From positions 5,704,001 to 5,768,000 of the forward strand of contig NC_043025.1 of assembly GCF_006345805.1 (NCBI RefSeq): DNA of 64,000 nt. The letters run 5' to 3'. The notes under the pieces were generated by a model. That model had not been told where the DNA came from and searched no databases. It worked only from the letters and a program-made list of their open reading frames with translations. A program made the translations under genes and the position numbers. Within the stretch, counting starts at the first letter, position 1. Each line of letters begins with the position of its first letter. This document shows, piece after piece, positions 49,880-62,344 of this stretch. The stretch is from Octopus sinensis (taxonomy: Eukaryota).

Positions 49880-50390
49880 TTTGAAGGGAATAGAAGTAAT
49901 TACTTATTGATTTCTGGATAGAGGCAAATAGGAAATAAAACTTACTGACCAAAGACAACAAGCAAATCTGTGCTATTGAGCAGAATATTTGCTATAATGA
50001 TATTTCTGCTTCAGCAACTCAGTACTGAATCTATCTGAAATGTAATGGGAAATAGGCCAGTTTTAAAACATTGATGTCCAGGTGACAAAAGTAAAGTGTG
50101 AAGGGAATAGTAGTCATTTCCTTTGATTTCTAGACAGAAGCAAATAGGAAATAACACTTATTGGCCAAGGACAACAAACAGATCTTTGGTATTGGGTAGA
50201 ATATTTGCTATAATGATATTTCTGCTTCAATAGTTCATTGGTGAATCTGTATGAAATGTAATGGAAAATAGGCCAGTTTTAAAACATTGATGTCCAGGTG
50301 ACAAAAACAAAGTGTGAAGGGAATAGTAGTCATTTCCTTTGATTTCTAGACAGAAGCAAATAGGAAACAACACTTATTGGCCAAGGACAA
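49880..50390. repeat. Two-copy ~215-bp direct repeat in FABP intron 2
   Basis: gaagggaatag...ggaaata...agaatatttgctataatgatatttctgcttc...gatgtccaggtgacaaaa repeated. Confidence 0.8.
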
Positions 50391-50676
50391 ATAAAAAAAT
50401 AATTAAAATTTTGTTAAATAGCGTTGTTATTCACTGTGTGAGGATTATAAAATACTTTCTTGTAATTGGGGGAAGTGCTCCATTTATAATTAACGGACTG
50501 ATGTATAACAAATCTTCCTTTGGTTACTTGGGTATTATGTTAGCCAGGCCCCTGCACGAAGGGCTGATGGGGTAATTGCTTGGATTACATTTATTTCCTT
50601 TAGTTATTAAGTATATGAGTGTATTTGTCTTTGTGCTGTTTCCAAATGTTGTCTTGTGATTGTTTATTGAATTCAG

Positions 50677-50778
50677 GCATTGTACAAGCTGGTAGGGGAC
50701 ACCATTGAGGAGCATCAGAAAGGCATGTTTGAGGCTAACATAACTAGGAAGGTTGAGAAAAGTGGAGAGCTTGTAATG
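50677..50778 (+). CDS. FABP/iLBP-family gene, exon 3 (ALYKLVGDTIEEHQKGMFEANITRKVEKSGELVM)
   Basis: attcag| acceptor and atg|gtaagt donor; 102 nt, phase 0/0 as in FABP exon 3; conserved TR. Confidence 0.92.
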
Positions 50779-50819
50779 GTAAGTACAAGGTACACGTAGA
50801 CATGTATGGTCAGCTGTGC

Positions 50820-51598
50820 TTCTGTGTGTGTGTCTTAGTGATCATATGCATGCGTCTGTGCATCTGTGTGTGCTTGTTTGTTAGCATGTGTGTGTGTGTG
50901 TTAGCATGTGTGTGTGTGTTGGCATTTGTGTGTGCTTGTTTGTTAGCGTGTGTGTGTTGACATGTGTGTGTGTGTTAGCATGTGTGTGTGTGTTGGCATG
51001 TGTGTGTGTGTTGGCATGTGTGTGTGTGTGTTGGCATGTGTGTGTGTGTGTTGGCATGTGTGTGTGTGTGTGTTGGCATGTGTGTGTGTGTGTTAGCGTG
51101 TGTGTGTGTGTTGGAATGTGTGTATGTTATTCTCTGCGAGTGTGTGTGCTTGTTTGTTAGCATGTGTGTGTGTGTTGGCATGTGTGTGTGTTATTCTCCG
51201 TGTGTGCTTGTTTATTAGCGTGTGTGTGTGTGTGTGTGTGTGTTAGCATGTGTGTGTTGGCATGTGTGTGTTTGTTAGCATGTGTGTGTGTGTTATTCTC
51301 TGTGTGTGCTTGTTTATTAGCGTGTGTGCGTGTGTGTTGGCATGTGTGTGTGTTATTCTCTGCGAGTGTGTGCTTGTTTGTTAACGTGTGTGTGTGCGTG
51401 TTGGCATCTGTGTGTGTTAGCATGTGTGTGTGTGTTAGCATGTGTGTGTGTGTGTTAGCATGTGTGTGTGTGTTAGCATGTGTGTGTGTATTAGCATGTG
51501 TGTGTGTGTGTTATTCTCTGTGAATGTGCTTGTTTGTTAGCGTGTGTGTGTGTTGGCATGTGTGTGTGTGTGTTGGCATGTGTGTGTGTGTGTGTGTA
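50820..51598. repeat. GT-rich minisatellite (gtgttggcat / gcttgtttgttagc / gttattctctg modules); second block at 53042-53283
   Basis: Direct reading. Confidence 0.9.
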
Positions 51599-51699
51599 TG
51601 AGTCTATATGTGGCTGTGAACGCATCAGTGTTAGTGTATGTATGTTGTTTTGCTCCATGTCTACCCTTGAGCAAGTCAGTCATCTCACGAGTCTGTATA

Positions 51700-53470
51700 T
51701 TTATGCTGACTTGTGGGGTCATGTTGCACAGCTGCTGTCGCATGCGGGATGGGTCCATCTGTTGGTCAAGTCCATTGTGATAATTGCCCCGCTGCCCTCC
51801 ATTACTCAGGCAGACAAAGCAGTTTTCCTTTGCCTGGTGGCTGTGGTGAAAGAGGTTGTCTGGTGTACAAGTATCATCATCATCATTATTATCATTATTA
51901 TCATTATTAATATTATTATTATCAACATTATATTATTATTATTAATATTATTATTATCAACATTATATTATTATTATTAATATTATTATTATTAATATTA
52001 TTATTATCAACATTATATTATTATTATTAATATTATTATTATCAACATTATATTATTATTATTAATATTATTATTATCAACATTATATTATTATTATTAA
52101 TATTATTATTATTATATTATAATTATTATTATTATTATTATTATCATCATTATTATTATATTATTATTATATCATCATCATCATCATTATTATTATATTA
52201 TCATCATTATTATTATATTATTATTATATCATCATCATCATCATTATTATTATATTATCATCATCATTATTATTATCATTATTGTTATTATCATTATTAT
52301 TATTGTTATTATCATTATTATTATTGTTATTATTATTATCATTATTATTATTATCATTATTATTATTATTATTGTTATCTCTCTATATATAAACGGCAGT
52401 TTGTCTGTCTGTGTGTCTGTCAGGTTGTACCCTCACCCTGACCACGGCTTTCAACCGATTCTGATGAAACTTGACACACACATAGCCCAATGTCATAATT
52501 CAAAACTAACGCAGCGAAAATTTTGAAAAGTTCCCCCAGTTCTGAAAAAATCGATAAATCCGACATGGGGTCGAGAATCTAAGCTTTTTATATGCAACAC
52601 CTTTTCTGGGCTGTACATGGGCTGTTCACGCGTTGGGGAGGCGCAATGATGTTTTCATGTTTTCGCCCAAAGGGACAGCTAAGAACATCGTATACACAGA
52701 AGTATTCGAGTGAAGAGAAGACATTGCAACCTACACATGTGCTTTCGTTCCCTACAGGGAAAGGACTAGATTGGGATTAGTCGTTGCCTACTAGGGGCTC
52801 TTACATACCCGGGCAACGCCGAGCTATGCTGCTAGTTATCATTATTATAATCATTATCATTATTATCATTGTTATTATCATTATTATTATTGTGGCTGTG
52901 GTGAAAGAGGTTGTCCGGTGTAGAAGTCTGAAAGTTATGAGGACAGACACATTCCTCTTTCTCTGGTAGAGGTCTCATTGGTTTCTTCCAGTTTCACTTA
53001 AAAAAGGAAATTGAGTGTGGAGAGGGTTGTACTGTCCTCGAGTGTGTGTGTTGGCATGTGTGTGTGTTATTCTCTCTGTGTGCTTGTTTATTAGCGTGTG
53101 TGTGTGTGTTATTCTCTGCGAGTGTGTGTGTGTGTGTTAGCATATGTGTGTGTTATTCTCTGTGAGTGCTTGTTTATTAGCGTGTGTGTGTGTGTGTGTG
53201 TTAGCATATGTGTGTGTTATTCTCTGCGAGTGTGTGCTTGTTTGTTAGCGTGTGTGTGTGTGTGTGTTGGCATGTGTGTGTGAAAGTTGTAAAAATGGCA
53301 AGAGTGGATGGTACGTCTCCAAGTGTAGACCTGTAAGTCAGAGAAAGGAATTGGAGAGGGCACTTGTCCTTGGTGTTCAGGGAGATCTTGGACAGTGGGG
53401 TCCCTCGATCATCCCTAGAGGTCATCCTGTATCAGGACGACTACATCTCTATCATCCACCCCCACCACTT
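51700..53470 (+). mobile_element. Fragmented Tx1-like remnant in FABP intron 3, split by (ATT)n, a Helentron-like element and a minisatellite
   Basis: ADLWGHVAQLLS...KAVFLCLVAVVKEVVW and KVMRTDTFLF align with the element at 32800-33100. Confidence 0.7.
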
Positions 53471-53924
53471 TTTTTCCTTTGTATATTTCTCTTCCTTTTC
53501 ATTCTATACCATGTAAACATAATCCTTTTTTTAAAAATTTATTTATTTATCTTATCGATCAAAAATCAATGGAAATTGTATTCGTGATACCAGTGCCGGT
53601 GGCACGTAAAAGAACCATCTGAACGTGGCCGTTGCCAGCCCCACCTCGACTGGCCTCCGTACCGGTGGCACGTAAAAAGCACCAACCGATCGTGGGGGTT
53701 GCCAGCCTCGTCTGGCACCTGTGCCGATGACATGTAAAAAGCACTCACTACACTCACGGAGTGATTGGCGTTATTGTTATGATTATTATTATGTCTTTTC
53801 CTTCTTTCTTCAAATTTTCTTCCGTTTCTCGCCGAGTGTTTTCCATACACCTAGGGCAGAGAAGGGCATTGCATGCATTCCCAGATTACACACGCAAATT
53901 CACAGATAAAATATGTATTTAAAA

Positions 53925-54480
53925 AATTAATAAATAAATAAATTCATGGATGGATGTTATTTTCACAGGGATAGTGCTCTTCTCAGTATGAGCCGTTCCA
54001 GTTAATACGATTTTTTGCACTTCCTGTAGGGATGGTAAGCCTGGAATCATTTTCAAATAGGTTTCAGTACCTTTTTTTATCATTCCTAGAGATCCTACAA
54101 TCACTGGTACTGTAGTCCCCTTGAGATGCCACACTTTTTCAATTTCTATTAGCAGGTGTTTATATTTACTAATCTTGTCAAATTCTTTCGCCGCTATATT
54201 GTGATCACAGGGAATACTCATGTCAATTAATAAACACATCCTTTTTGTCTGATCTTTTATAATGATATCTGGCTTATTAGCTTTTGTAGTCCTGTCGGTC
54301 TGCACGGGGAAGTCCCATAGAATCGACACATTTTCTCCCTCAGTCACAGCTTCAGGATGGTGTTTATACCATTTGTCAGTGGTTTTGATTTTATAATGCC
54401 GACATATTGTCCAATGTAAATACTGGCCGACTCTGTCATGTCTTGCTTTATATTCTGCAGGTGCTAAGACTCTACACCCT
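53925..54480 (-). mobile_element. R4/Dong-type (RLE) non-LTR retrotransposon 3' fragment
   Basis: GCRVLAPAEYKARHDRVGQYLHWTICRHY...WYKHHPEAVTEGENVSILWDFPVQTDRTTKANKPDIIIKD...LLIDMSIP...KEFDKISKY...VPVIVGSLG (PD..D..K endonuclease). Confidence 0.88.
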
Positions 54481-54863
54481 GATTATTATTATTATTATTA
54501 GTATCATTATTATTATTATTATTATTATTAACCCATGCTAGCATGGAAAGCGGACGTTAAACGATGATGATGATGATGATGATTATTATCATCATTATCA
54601 TCATTATTATTATTATTGTTATTATTATTGTTATTATCATTATTATAATTGTTATTATCATTATTATAATTGTTATTATCATTATTATAATTGTTATTAT
54701 CATTATTATTGTTATCATTATTATTATTATTATTGTTATTATCATTATTATTATCATTATCATTATTATTGTTATTATCATTATTATAATTGTTATTATC
54801 ATTATTATTGTTATCATTATTATTATTATTATTATCATTATTATTATTATTTGTATTATTCAG

Positions 54864-54914
54864 ACAATTGTAGCTGGAGATGCACATTGCAAGAGAATCT
54901 ACAAACGCCTATAA
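54864..54914 (+). CDS. FABP/iLBP-family gene, exon 4 (TIVAGDAHCKRIYKRL*)
   Basis: ttcag| acceptor, phase 0; RxY ligand-binding motif; TAA stop. Total CDS 411 nt = 136 aa. Confidence 0.92.
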   Translation, partial: TIVAGDAHCKRIYKRL

Positions 54915-55749
54915 AGTCATTCTGTGACACCAGAGTGCACACTGGAGCAGATGCACCACAACAACAACAACAACAACAATACCAACAACGTCTATAACAG
55001 CCACAACAACAACACCAACAACTACAACACTGACACCTCTTCTAAGGCAGCAACAGCAATGACAGCACTCGATAAGGAAACTTCTATGCTAGAAACAACA
55101 GCCAACTCCACCTCAATTCACAGCCCACTGTTTAAGGGGACACAAGACATGTTGGATAATGTAGTCCAAGATGGACTTTGCCCATAGAAATGACAGTATG
55201 CTCATGGATGGATTGCCTTTGATGAGTGATTTACTCAATCAGAGCTGGCTCGGGGTTAAACAACAATGATAAGAATGTCAAACCAATGATAGAGTTCCTG
55301 TATTCAGTTACATCTCTGCTAGAAATAACAGCTAAATCTCCTTTAATTTACATATGAACATTTAAAAAAAAAAGATCTATGTATTGGATAATGTAGTCTA
55401 GGATATGTATAATACTGATGGGATGGTCATAGATGGAACGTCTTTGGGCATAGGTTTATTTCCACAAGGCTGGGCTGTGATGTAAAACTGCTTATTTCAT
55501 CACTGCTAACCCCCCCCCACCCATCAGTTGCACAACCAGCACAAAACAAGGAACCCTCTATGACCTGTTAGAAACAGCAGCTGAATCATCCTCGTATCAA
55601 ACCCTGCTGCCTTAGAAGTAGAGATAGACGGGATGATGTAGTTCTAGATATACAAAAAAAGACATTTTGGGGTCATTGCTGGAATGTCTCGGATCATGTG
55701 TCTGCTCGACCAGGGTCGACCCAGGGCTAAACAGGTAAAACAAAGCATA

Positions 55750-55755
55750 AATAAA
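55750..55755 (+). terminator. Candidate polyadenylation signal of the FABP-like gene
   Basis: AATAAA ~840 nt after the stop; position only. Confidence 0.3.
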
Positions 55756-55830
55756 AACATACAATACAATACCAATTTGAAATCTTTTTGTTTATATATG
55801 TGTATATATATATAATATATATATATACAC

Positions 55831-55884
<54 letters not shown>

Positions 55885-56101
55885 AAATGGCAAAAATACG
55901 TCACGATATATATATATATAATACAATACATATAATATACATATTATAAATATATACATATTTTTTCTTTTATTTCTTTCCTTTTACATGTTTCAGCCAT
56001 TTGACTGCGGCCATGCTGGAGCATTGCCTTTTTAGTCGAAGAACTTATCCTTTGTAAGCCTAGTACTTATTCTATCAGTTTCTTCTGCCGAACTGCTATG
56101 T

Positions 56102-56742
56102 TTGGAAGTGTTATCATGTACATTGTTTTGTCTTGGTACAAAAGATGGGCTACAGCAAATATTCTGCTCAATACCACAGATTTGCTAATGCCCTGATGCA
56201 GTACCAGACAGTGGCTTTCATGGCTTCTGTTCTTAACTGATTGGAAGTGTTATCATGTACATTGTTTTGTCTTGGTACAAAAGATGGGCTACAGCAAATA
56301 TTCTGCTCAATACCACAGATTTGCTAATGCCCTGATGCAGTACCAGGCAGTGGCTCTCATGGCTTCTGATCTTAACTGATTGGAAGTGTTATCATGTACA
56401 TTGTTTTATCTTGGTACAAAAGATGGGCTACAGCAAATATTCTGTTCAATACCACAGATTTGCTAATGCCCTGATGCAGTACCAGGCAGTGGCTCTCATG
56501 GCTTCTGTTCTTAACTGATTGGAAGTGTTATCATGTACATTGTTTTGTCTTGGTACAAAAGATGGGCTACAGCAAATATTCTGTTCAATACCACAGATTT
56601 GCTAATGCCCTGATGCAGTACCAGGCAGTAGCTCTCATGGCTTCTGTTCTTAACTGATTGGAAGTGTTATCATGTACATTGTTTTGTCTTGGTATAAAAG
56701 ATGGGTTACAGCAAATATTCTGTTCAATACCACAGATTTGCT
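56102..56742. repeat. 139-bp tandem repeat, ~4.6 copies, continuing into a dispersed repeat to ~57175
   Basis: ttggaagtgttatcatg at 56102, 56241, 56380, 56519 and 56658. Confidence 0.93.
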
Positions 56743-57803
56743 TGTCAGTTGTTTGACCTTAACCAGTTGAGCATGTCCCTTAGTGGCTGACGATATGTGC
56801 ATCTCTGATCACAAGCAAAAGTAGTGGGAGAGCGTCATATCCATGTGTTGAAAGGAATTCTTTGGGGTTTGAATAATTCACCTCTGGAAACATGGGTGTT
56901 TCGTTCAACATCCTTAAACAACCCTTATTCAGGGACCTTTCGAGCGGGATGGGCTACTCGACCAGAAGAAAATTCTAACTGGGCCCCACCTGTAAGGTCA
57001 TGCGCTGTTTATCTTGATATGAGATCACCATGTTGCGCACATATGGTTGTGATGCATGTGCCTGGTGTACCTTTATCAGACGGGTAGTCATGATGGGTAT
57101 ACTGGGCTTCGTATATTTTACCCCAGTGTCACTTTGATGGCATGCACTGCTCTCTCACTCAATAATAATAATAATAACAACAACAACAACAACACTGAAA
57201 AATACCTTAGAAATGGGAACTGAGGTTTGAAATTTCCCCAAGATACCCGATGAAACCTGGAGGGTATATTAGAACTTCTCAACAGAAATACGGTAAGAAA
57301 GTTATTATATTCCACATGGTTCCGGGTTCAGTCCCACTGCGTGGTACCTTGGGTAAGTGTCTTCTGCTATAGCCTCGGGCCGACCAAAGCCTTGTGAGTG
57401 GATTTGGTAGACGGAAACTGAAAGAAGCCCGTCGTATATATGTATATATATATATGTGTATGTTTGTGTGTCTGTGTTTGTCCCCCTAGCATTGCTGGTG
57501 TGTTTATGTCCCCCGTCACTTAGCGGTTCGGCAAAAGAGGCCGATAGAATAAGTACTGGGCTTACAAAGAATAAGTCCCGGGGTCGAGTTGCTCAACTAA
57601 AGGCGGTGCTCCAGCATGGCCGCAGTCAAATGACTGAAACAAGTAAAAGAGTAAGAGTAAAGAGTATGTTCTGTTCACACTGCCATGGTACTAGGACTGC
57701 TGCATCCCATCATGTTTTAAAAGAACTTCATGTTTCAAAGCAACCTCAAGAGCTGATGGATTTAGTAGAGAACATTGTGTCAGGTGTTCACGTAATATTA
57801 CAT

Positions 57804-58215
57804 ATTTCTTTATTACCCACAAGGGGCTAAACACAGAGAGGACAAACAAGGACAGACATAGGTATTAAGTCGATTACATCGACCCCAGTTCGTAACTGGT
57901 ACTTAATTTATCGACCCCGAAAGGATAAAAGGCAAAGTCGACCTCGGCGGAATTTGAATTCAGAACGTAACGACAGACGAAATACCTATTTCTTTATTAC
58001 CCACAAGGGGCTAAACATAGAGGGAACAAACAAGGACAGACATAGGTATTAAGTCGATTACATCGACCCCAGTTCGTAACTGGTACTTAATTTATCGACC
58101 CCGAAAGGATGAAAGGCAAAGTCGACCTTGGCGGAATTTGAACTCACAACGTAACGCAGATGAAATACCGCTAAGCATTTCGCCCGGCGTGCTAACGTTT
58201 CTGCCAGCTCGCCGC
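57804..58215 (-). mobile_element. SINE family 2 (head plus two units) in the MTO1 3' UTR, sense orientation
   Basis: Head gcggcgagctggcagaaacgttagc begins 22 nt after the stop codon; AATAAA at 57993-57998 and 57809-57814 on the minus strand. Confidence 0.9.
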
Positions 58216-58237
58216 AGACACTATGACCATCAAACAG

Positions 58238-58375
58238 CTAAAGAGCTGTCGTGGGCGGTACCGTTTCCTGTCCAAGTTTCGTGTGTTTTTGTCCCTTTCT
58301 CTGTTTCTTTACATGTCGCAACAACAGGATCAACGCCGCAGGGGTCACACCGGGGATTCGGCTGGCAGAAGCAAT
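58238..58375 (-). CDS. MTO1: MTO1 terminal coding exon (IASASRIPGVTPAALILLLRHVKKQRKGQKHTKLGQETVPPTTAL*)
   Basis: GidA/MTO1 C-terminal ASRIPGVTPAA motif; acceptor ctttcttcttccatacag; phase 0. Confidence 0.95.
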   Translation of the reverse strand: MASASRIPGVTPAALILLLRHVKKQRKGQKHTKLGQETVPPTTAL

Positions 58376-59276
58376 CTGTATGGAAGAAAGAGAAAGGAAA
58401 AAACAAATAAGGTGGTGCCCCAGCATGACTGTGGCCTTTGGGCTAAAACATTTTTAAGGATTTATGGAGATGTACTCACATAGCAAGTGATTTGATCTGA
58501 GATCGTGTGCTGGAACGAAAACAATTGCAGCGTGGAAGGTGTTTATAAACCATTTAAGAATCACACAAAAGCCGTTCGATTCACTTCAACATTTAAGTTT
58601 AATTTGTCAAAATATTTTCGTCGCTAAAATCCGCGACAAAAATCCGTGCTGCATCACCTTCCACGCTGCAATTATCTTTAAGGATTTAAGGTCACAAGAA
58701 GAAGAAAGTTACGGTAATAGATATGGTGCAGCTGTGCTTGTGTAGGTAAGAAGTCTGTTTACCAACTATATGGCTTGAGGTTCAGTCCCACTGTGTGGCA
58801 CCGAGAGCAAGTGTCTTCTACTATAGTCCCGAGTTGACCAAAGCCTTGTGAGTGGATTTGGTAGACGGAAACTGAAAGAAGCCTGTCGTATATATGTATA
58901 TATATATGTATGTGTATGTGTGTGTGTTTGTGCGTCTGTGTTTGTACCCCTAGCATTGCTTGACAAATCCACTGACAAAGCTTTGGTCGGCCCAAGGCTA
59001 TAGTAGAAGACACTGAACCCGGAACCATGTGGTTGGTTAGCAAGCTACTTACCACACAGCCACTCCTGCACCTATATATATGTTCTTTTACTAGTTTCAG
59101 TCATTTGACCGTGGCTATGCTGGAGCACTGCCTTTAGTTGAACAAATCAAGCCAAGAACTTCTTTGTAAGCCTAGTACTTTCTCTATCGGTGTCATTTGC
59201 TGAATCACTAAGTTACGGGGACATAAGCACACCAACATTGGTTCTCAAGCTATGGTAGGAGGACAGACACAGAAAC

Positions 59277-59310
<34 letters not shown>

Positions 59311-59909
59311 CATCATCATTTAACTTCCGCTTGATGATAAATATATATATACTAGCAGTATCGCCCAGCGTTGCTCGGGTTTGTAAGGGAAATAACTATA
59401 TAAGCATTTTTATAGAGTTATTTCCCTTATAGATGCCAATTCGGGCTTTCTTAGCCATTTCTGTTTTGGTGTCTTCAAGCCATGAAGTCGTTGTTCTAAA
59501 AGAACGCTGGTCTCCTTGACAATGCTTTACGACGTTGATTTCCTTACACTCCCTTCCCCACAGCTTCACGAGGGAGGGAAGAAGGGGGAGAAGCAAACAG
59601 GTGCAGGTGTGACCATGGACGCCAACTCCGCCACCATCGACACACGAAAAATTATGCATTAAAATGGAATAAAAAATTATGTTAAATTAATTTTAAAATT
59701 GTAGACTCATCGTAGACGTGCGCTAATACCCAGACGGGCTCGATATGAATCACGACTATAAGATACCCGAATTTGGTTAAACTGCACCGCAAAATGTGGG
59801 AGTAGTTAGGAATCTAAATCGAAGGGGACAGACACTCACACAACTACAGTTTTATATATATAGATATATATATATATATATATCATCATCATTTAACTTC
59901 CGCTTGATG

Positions 59910-59946
<37 letters not shown>

Positions 59947-60120
59947 ATACACATACACACGACAGGCATCTTTCAGTTTCCATCTGCCAAATTCACTCAC
60001 AAGGCTTTGGTCGGCCCATGGCTATAGAAGAAGACACTTACCCAAGGTGTCACACAGCAGGACTGAACCTGGAACAATGTGGTTGGGAAGTAAGTTTCTT
60101 ACCACACAGCCACACCTATA

Positions 60121-60154
<34 letters not shown>

Positions 60155-60172
60155 CCACACACACACACTCAC

Positions 60173-60227
60173 CGTGGCTGGTCTTGCCTCTGCTAATTTG
60201 TTCCGAGCCTCATTTGCAATGTTGACA
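60173..60227 (-). CDS. MTO1: MTO1 55-nt exon (S|VNIANEARNKLAEARPAT)
   Basis: tttctttacag acceptor and acg|gtgagt donor; phases 2/0 fit both neighbours; matches the ExrxKLxxxRPxT pattern of GidA. Confidence 0.92.
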
Positions 60228-61465
60228 CTGTAAAGAAAAAAAAAAAAACAATCAAGAGATGAAAATCTGTGAGGCAAGGACACAAAATCAAAAGAGAATT
60301 ATTTTAAATTAACTTAAGAACTTCATAATCTTTATATATAAAAGTGAGGTTGTGTGCTGTCTGTCTCCTACGATTTAGATTCCTAACTACTCCCACATTT
60401 TGCGGTGTAGTTTAACCAAAACCGGGTATCTTATAGTCGTGATTCATATCGAGCCCTTCTGGGTATTAGCGCGCGCCTACGATGAGTCTATGATTTAAAA
60501 AAAAAATTAGCATCATTTTTTTCCATTTTAATGCATTTTTCGCTATTATATAAGGGAAGTAACTCTCTAAAAATGTCTACGATGAGTCTACGATTTAAAA
60601 AAAAAATTACCAGCAATTTTCCCCATTTTTAATCCATTTTTGGCATATATAAGGGAAGTAACTCTCTAAAAATTTATTATTAAATCTCAGAACGTAAAAA
60701 GCCACAGTAACACCCCCCACCTTTGTGGTTAGCCATATTGAGATGGCTATTATACTTTACATCTCTAAAAATGCTTATATAGTTATTTCCCTTACAAACC
60801 CGAGCAACGCCGGACGATACTGCTAGTAAATAATAAAAACAAAATAGTAATTAAACACATAAATTCTATGCGTGGTTTTCCTTTATTCCTTATTTACAAA
60901 GTTAAGCTTATAATCCTAGCAAACAGTATAAGAAAGGGTTACTTCCCTTGTCAAAACACAGACACAGCAGTGGCAAAAGTTCACTTTACAACAGATACAT
61001 AAGTATGTGTGTATATATATATAATATATGTATGCATATGATGTATGTATTCATGTAATGTATATAAGTATATAATGTATATATTTATGTAAGATATGTA
61101 TGTATTTATGTAATGTATATATGCATATGCGCAGATGTGACTGTGTGGTAAGTAGCTTGCTAACCAACCACATGGTTCCGGGTTCAGTCCCACTGCGTGG
61201 CATCTTGGGCAAGTGTCTTCTGCTATAGTCCCGGGCCGACCAATGCCTTGTGAGTGGATTTGGTAGATGGAAACTGAAAGAAGCCCATCGTATAGGTGCA
61301 GGAGTGGCTGTGTGGTAAGTAGCTTGCTAACCAACTACATGGTTCCGGGTTCAGTCCCACTGCGTGGCATCTTGGGCAAGTGTCTTCTGCTATAGTCCTG
61401 GGCCGACCAATGCCTTGTGAGTGGATTTGGTAGACAGAAACTGAAAGAAGCCTGTCGTATATATG

Positions 61466-61498
<33 letters not shown>

Positions 61499-61741
61499 TA
61501 TATGTATGTATAAGGCGGTGAGCTGGCAGAAACATTAGCTCGCTGGGCGACCTGCGTAGCCGTATTTCGTCTGTCGTTACGTTCCGAGTTCAAATTCCGC
61601 CGAGGTCGACTTTGCCTTTCATCCTCTCGGGGTCGATTAAATAAGTACCAGTTACGCACTGGGGTCGATGTAATCGACTTAATCCCTTTGTCTGTCCTTG
61701 TTTGTCCCCTCTGTGTTTAGCCCCTTGTGGGTAGTAAAGAA

Positions 61742-61808
<67 letters not shown>

Positions 61809-62123
61809 TGTCTGTGTGCGTGTGCGTGTATGTCTGTGTTTGTCCTCCTAGCATTGCTTGACAACCGATGCTGGTGTGTTTACGTCCCCGTCACTTACAA
61901 AAGAGACCGATAGAATAAGTACTGGGCTTAGAAAGAATAAGTCCTGGGGTCGATTTGCTCGACTAAAGGTGGTGCTCCAGCATGGCCGCAGTCAAATGAC
62001 TGAAACAAGTAAAAGAGTATATGAGATAGTGTGATTTATACGAGAGGAAATTCAGTATATTCCATCTCCTGCCTCATCAGAAATGTGTGGGCTTGTTTAT
62101 AGATCTGAGATATCAATTCTTAC

Positions 62124-62220
62124 CTGTAGTAATCAAGGTCTTCAGGTAGTTCTAACATCTCTTCTCTGCGGACTTCTTCAATATCCTCCATTTGACCCTC
62201 CAATTCTGCAGAATACCGCA
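62124..62220 (-). CDS. MTO1: MTO1 exon (V|RYSAELEGQMEDIEEVRREEMLELPEDLDYY|S)
   Basis: ttttgcag acceptor and ag|gtaaga donor; LPxDLDY motif; phases 1/2. Confidence 0.95.
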
Positions 62221-62344
62221 CTGCAAAACAGCAAGGAAGGAAAAAAATACTACAAGAAGAAGAAGAAGAAAAGAAGAAGAAGAAGAAGAAAAGAAGAAGA
62301 AGAATACAGCAAAGAAGAAGAAGAAGACGACGACGACGAAGAAG

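Noticed and set aside
54924-55187. Asn/Thr-rich ORF after the FABP stop
   Set aside because: It has a GTG start, a (CAA)n core and degenerate repeat sequence, and lies in the presumptive 3' UTR.
57740-57785. Possible small exon (QPQELMDLVENIVS)
   Set aside because: Weak splice sites, no recognisable homology, and not needed by either gene model.
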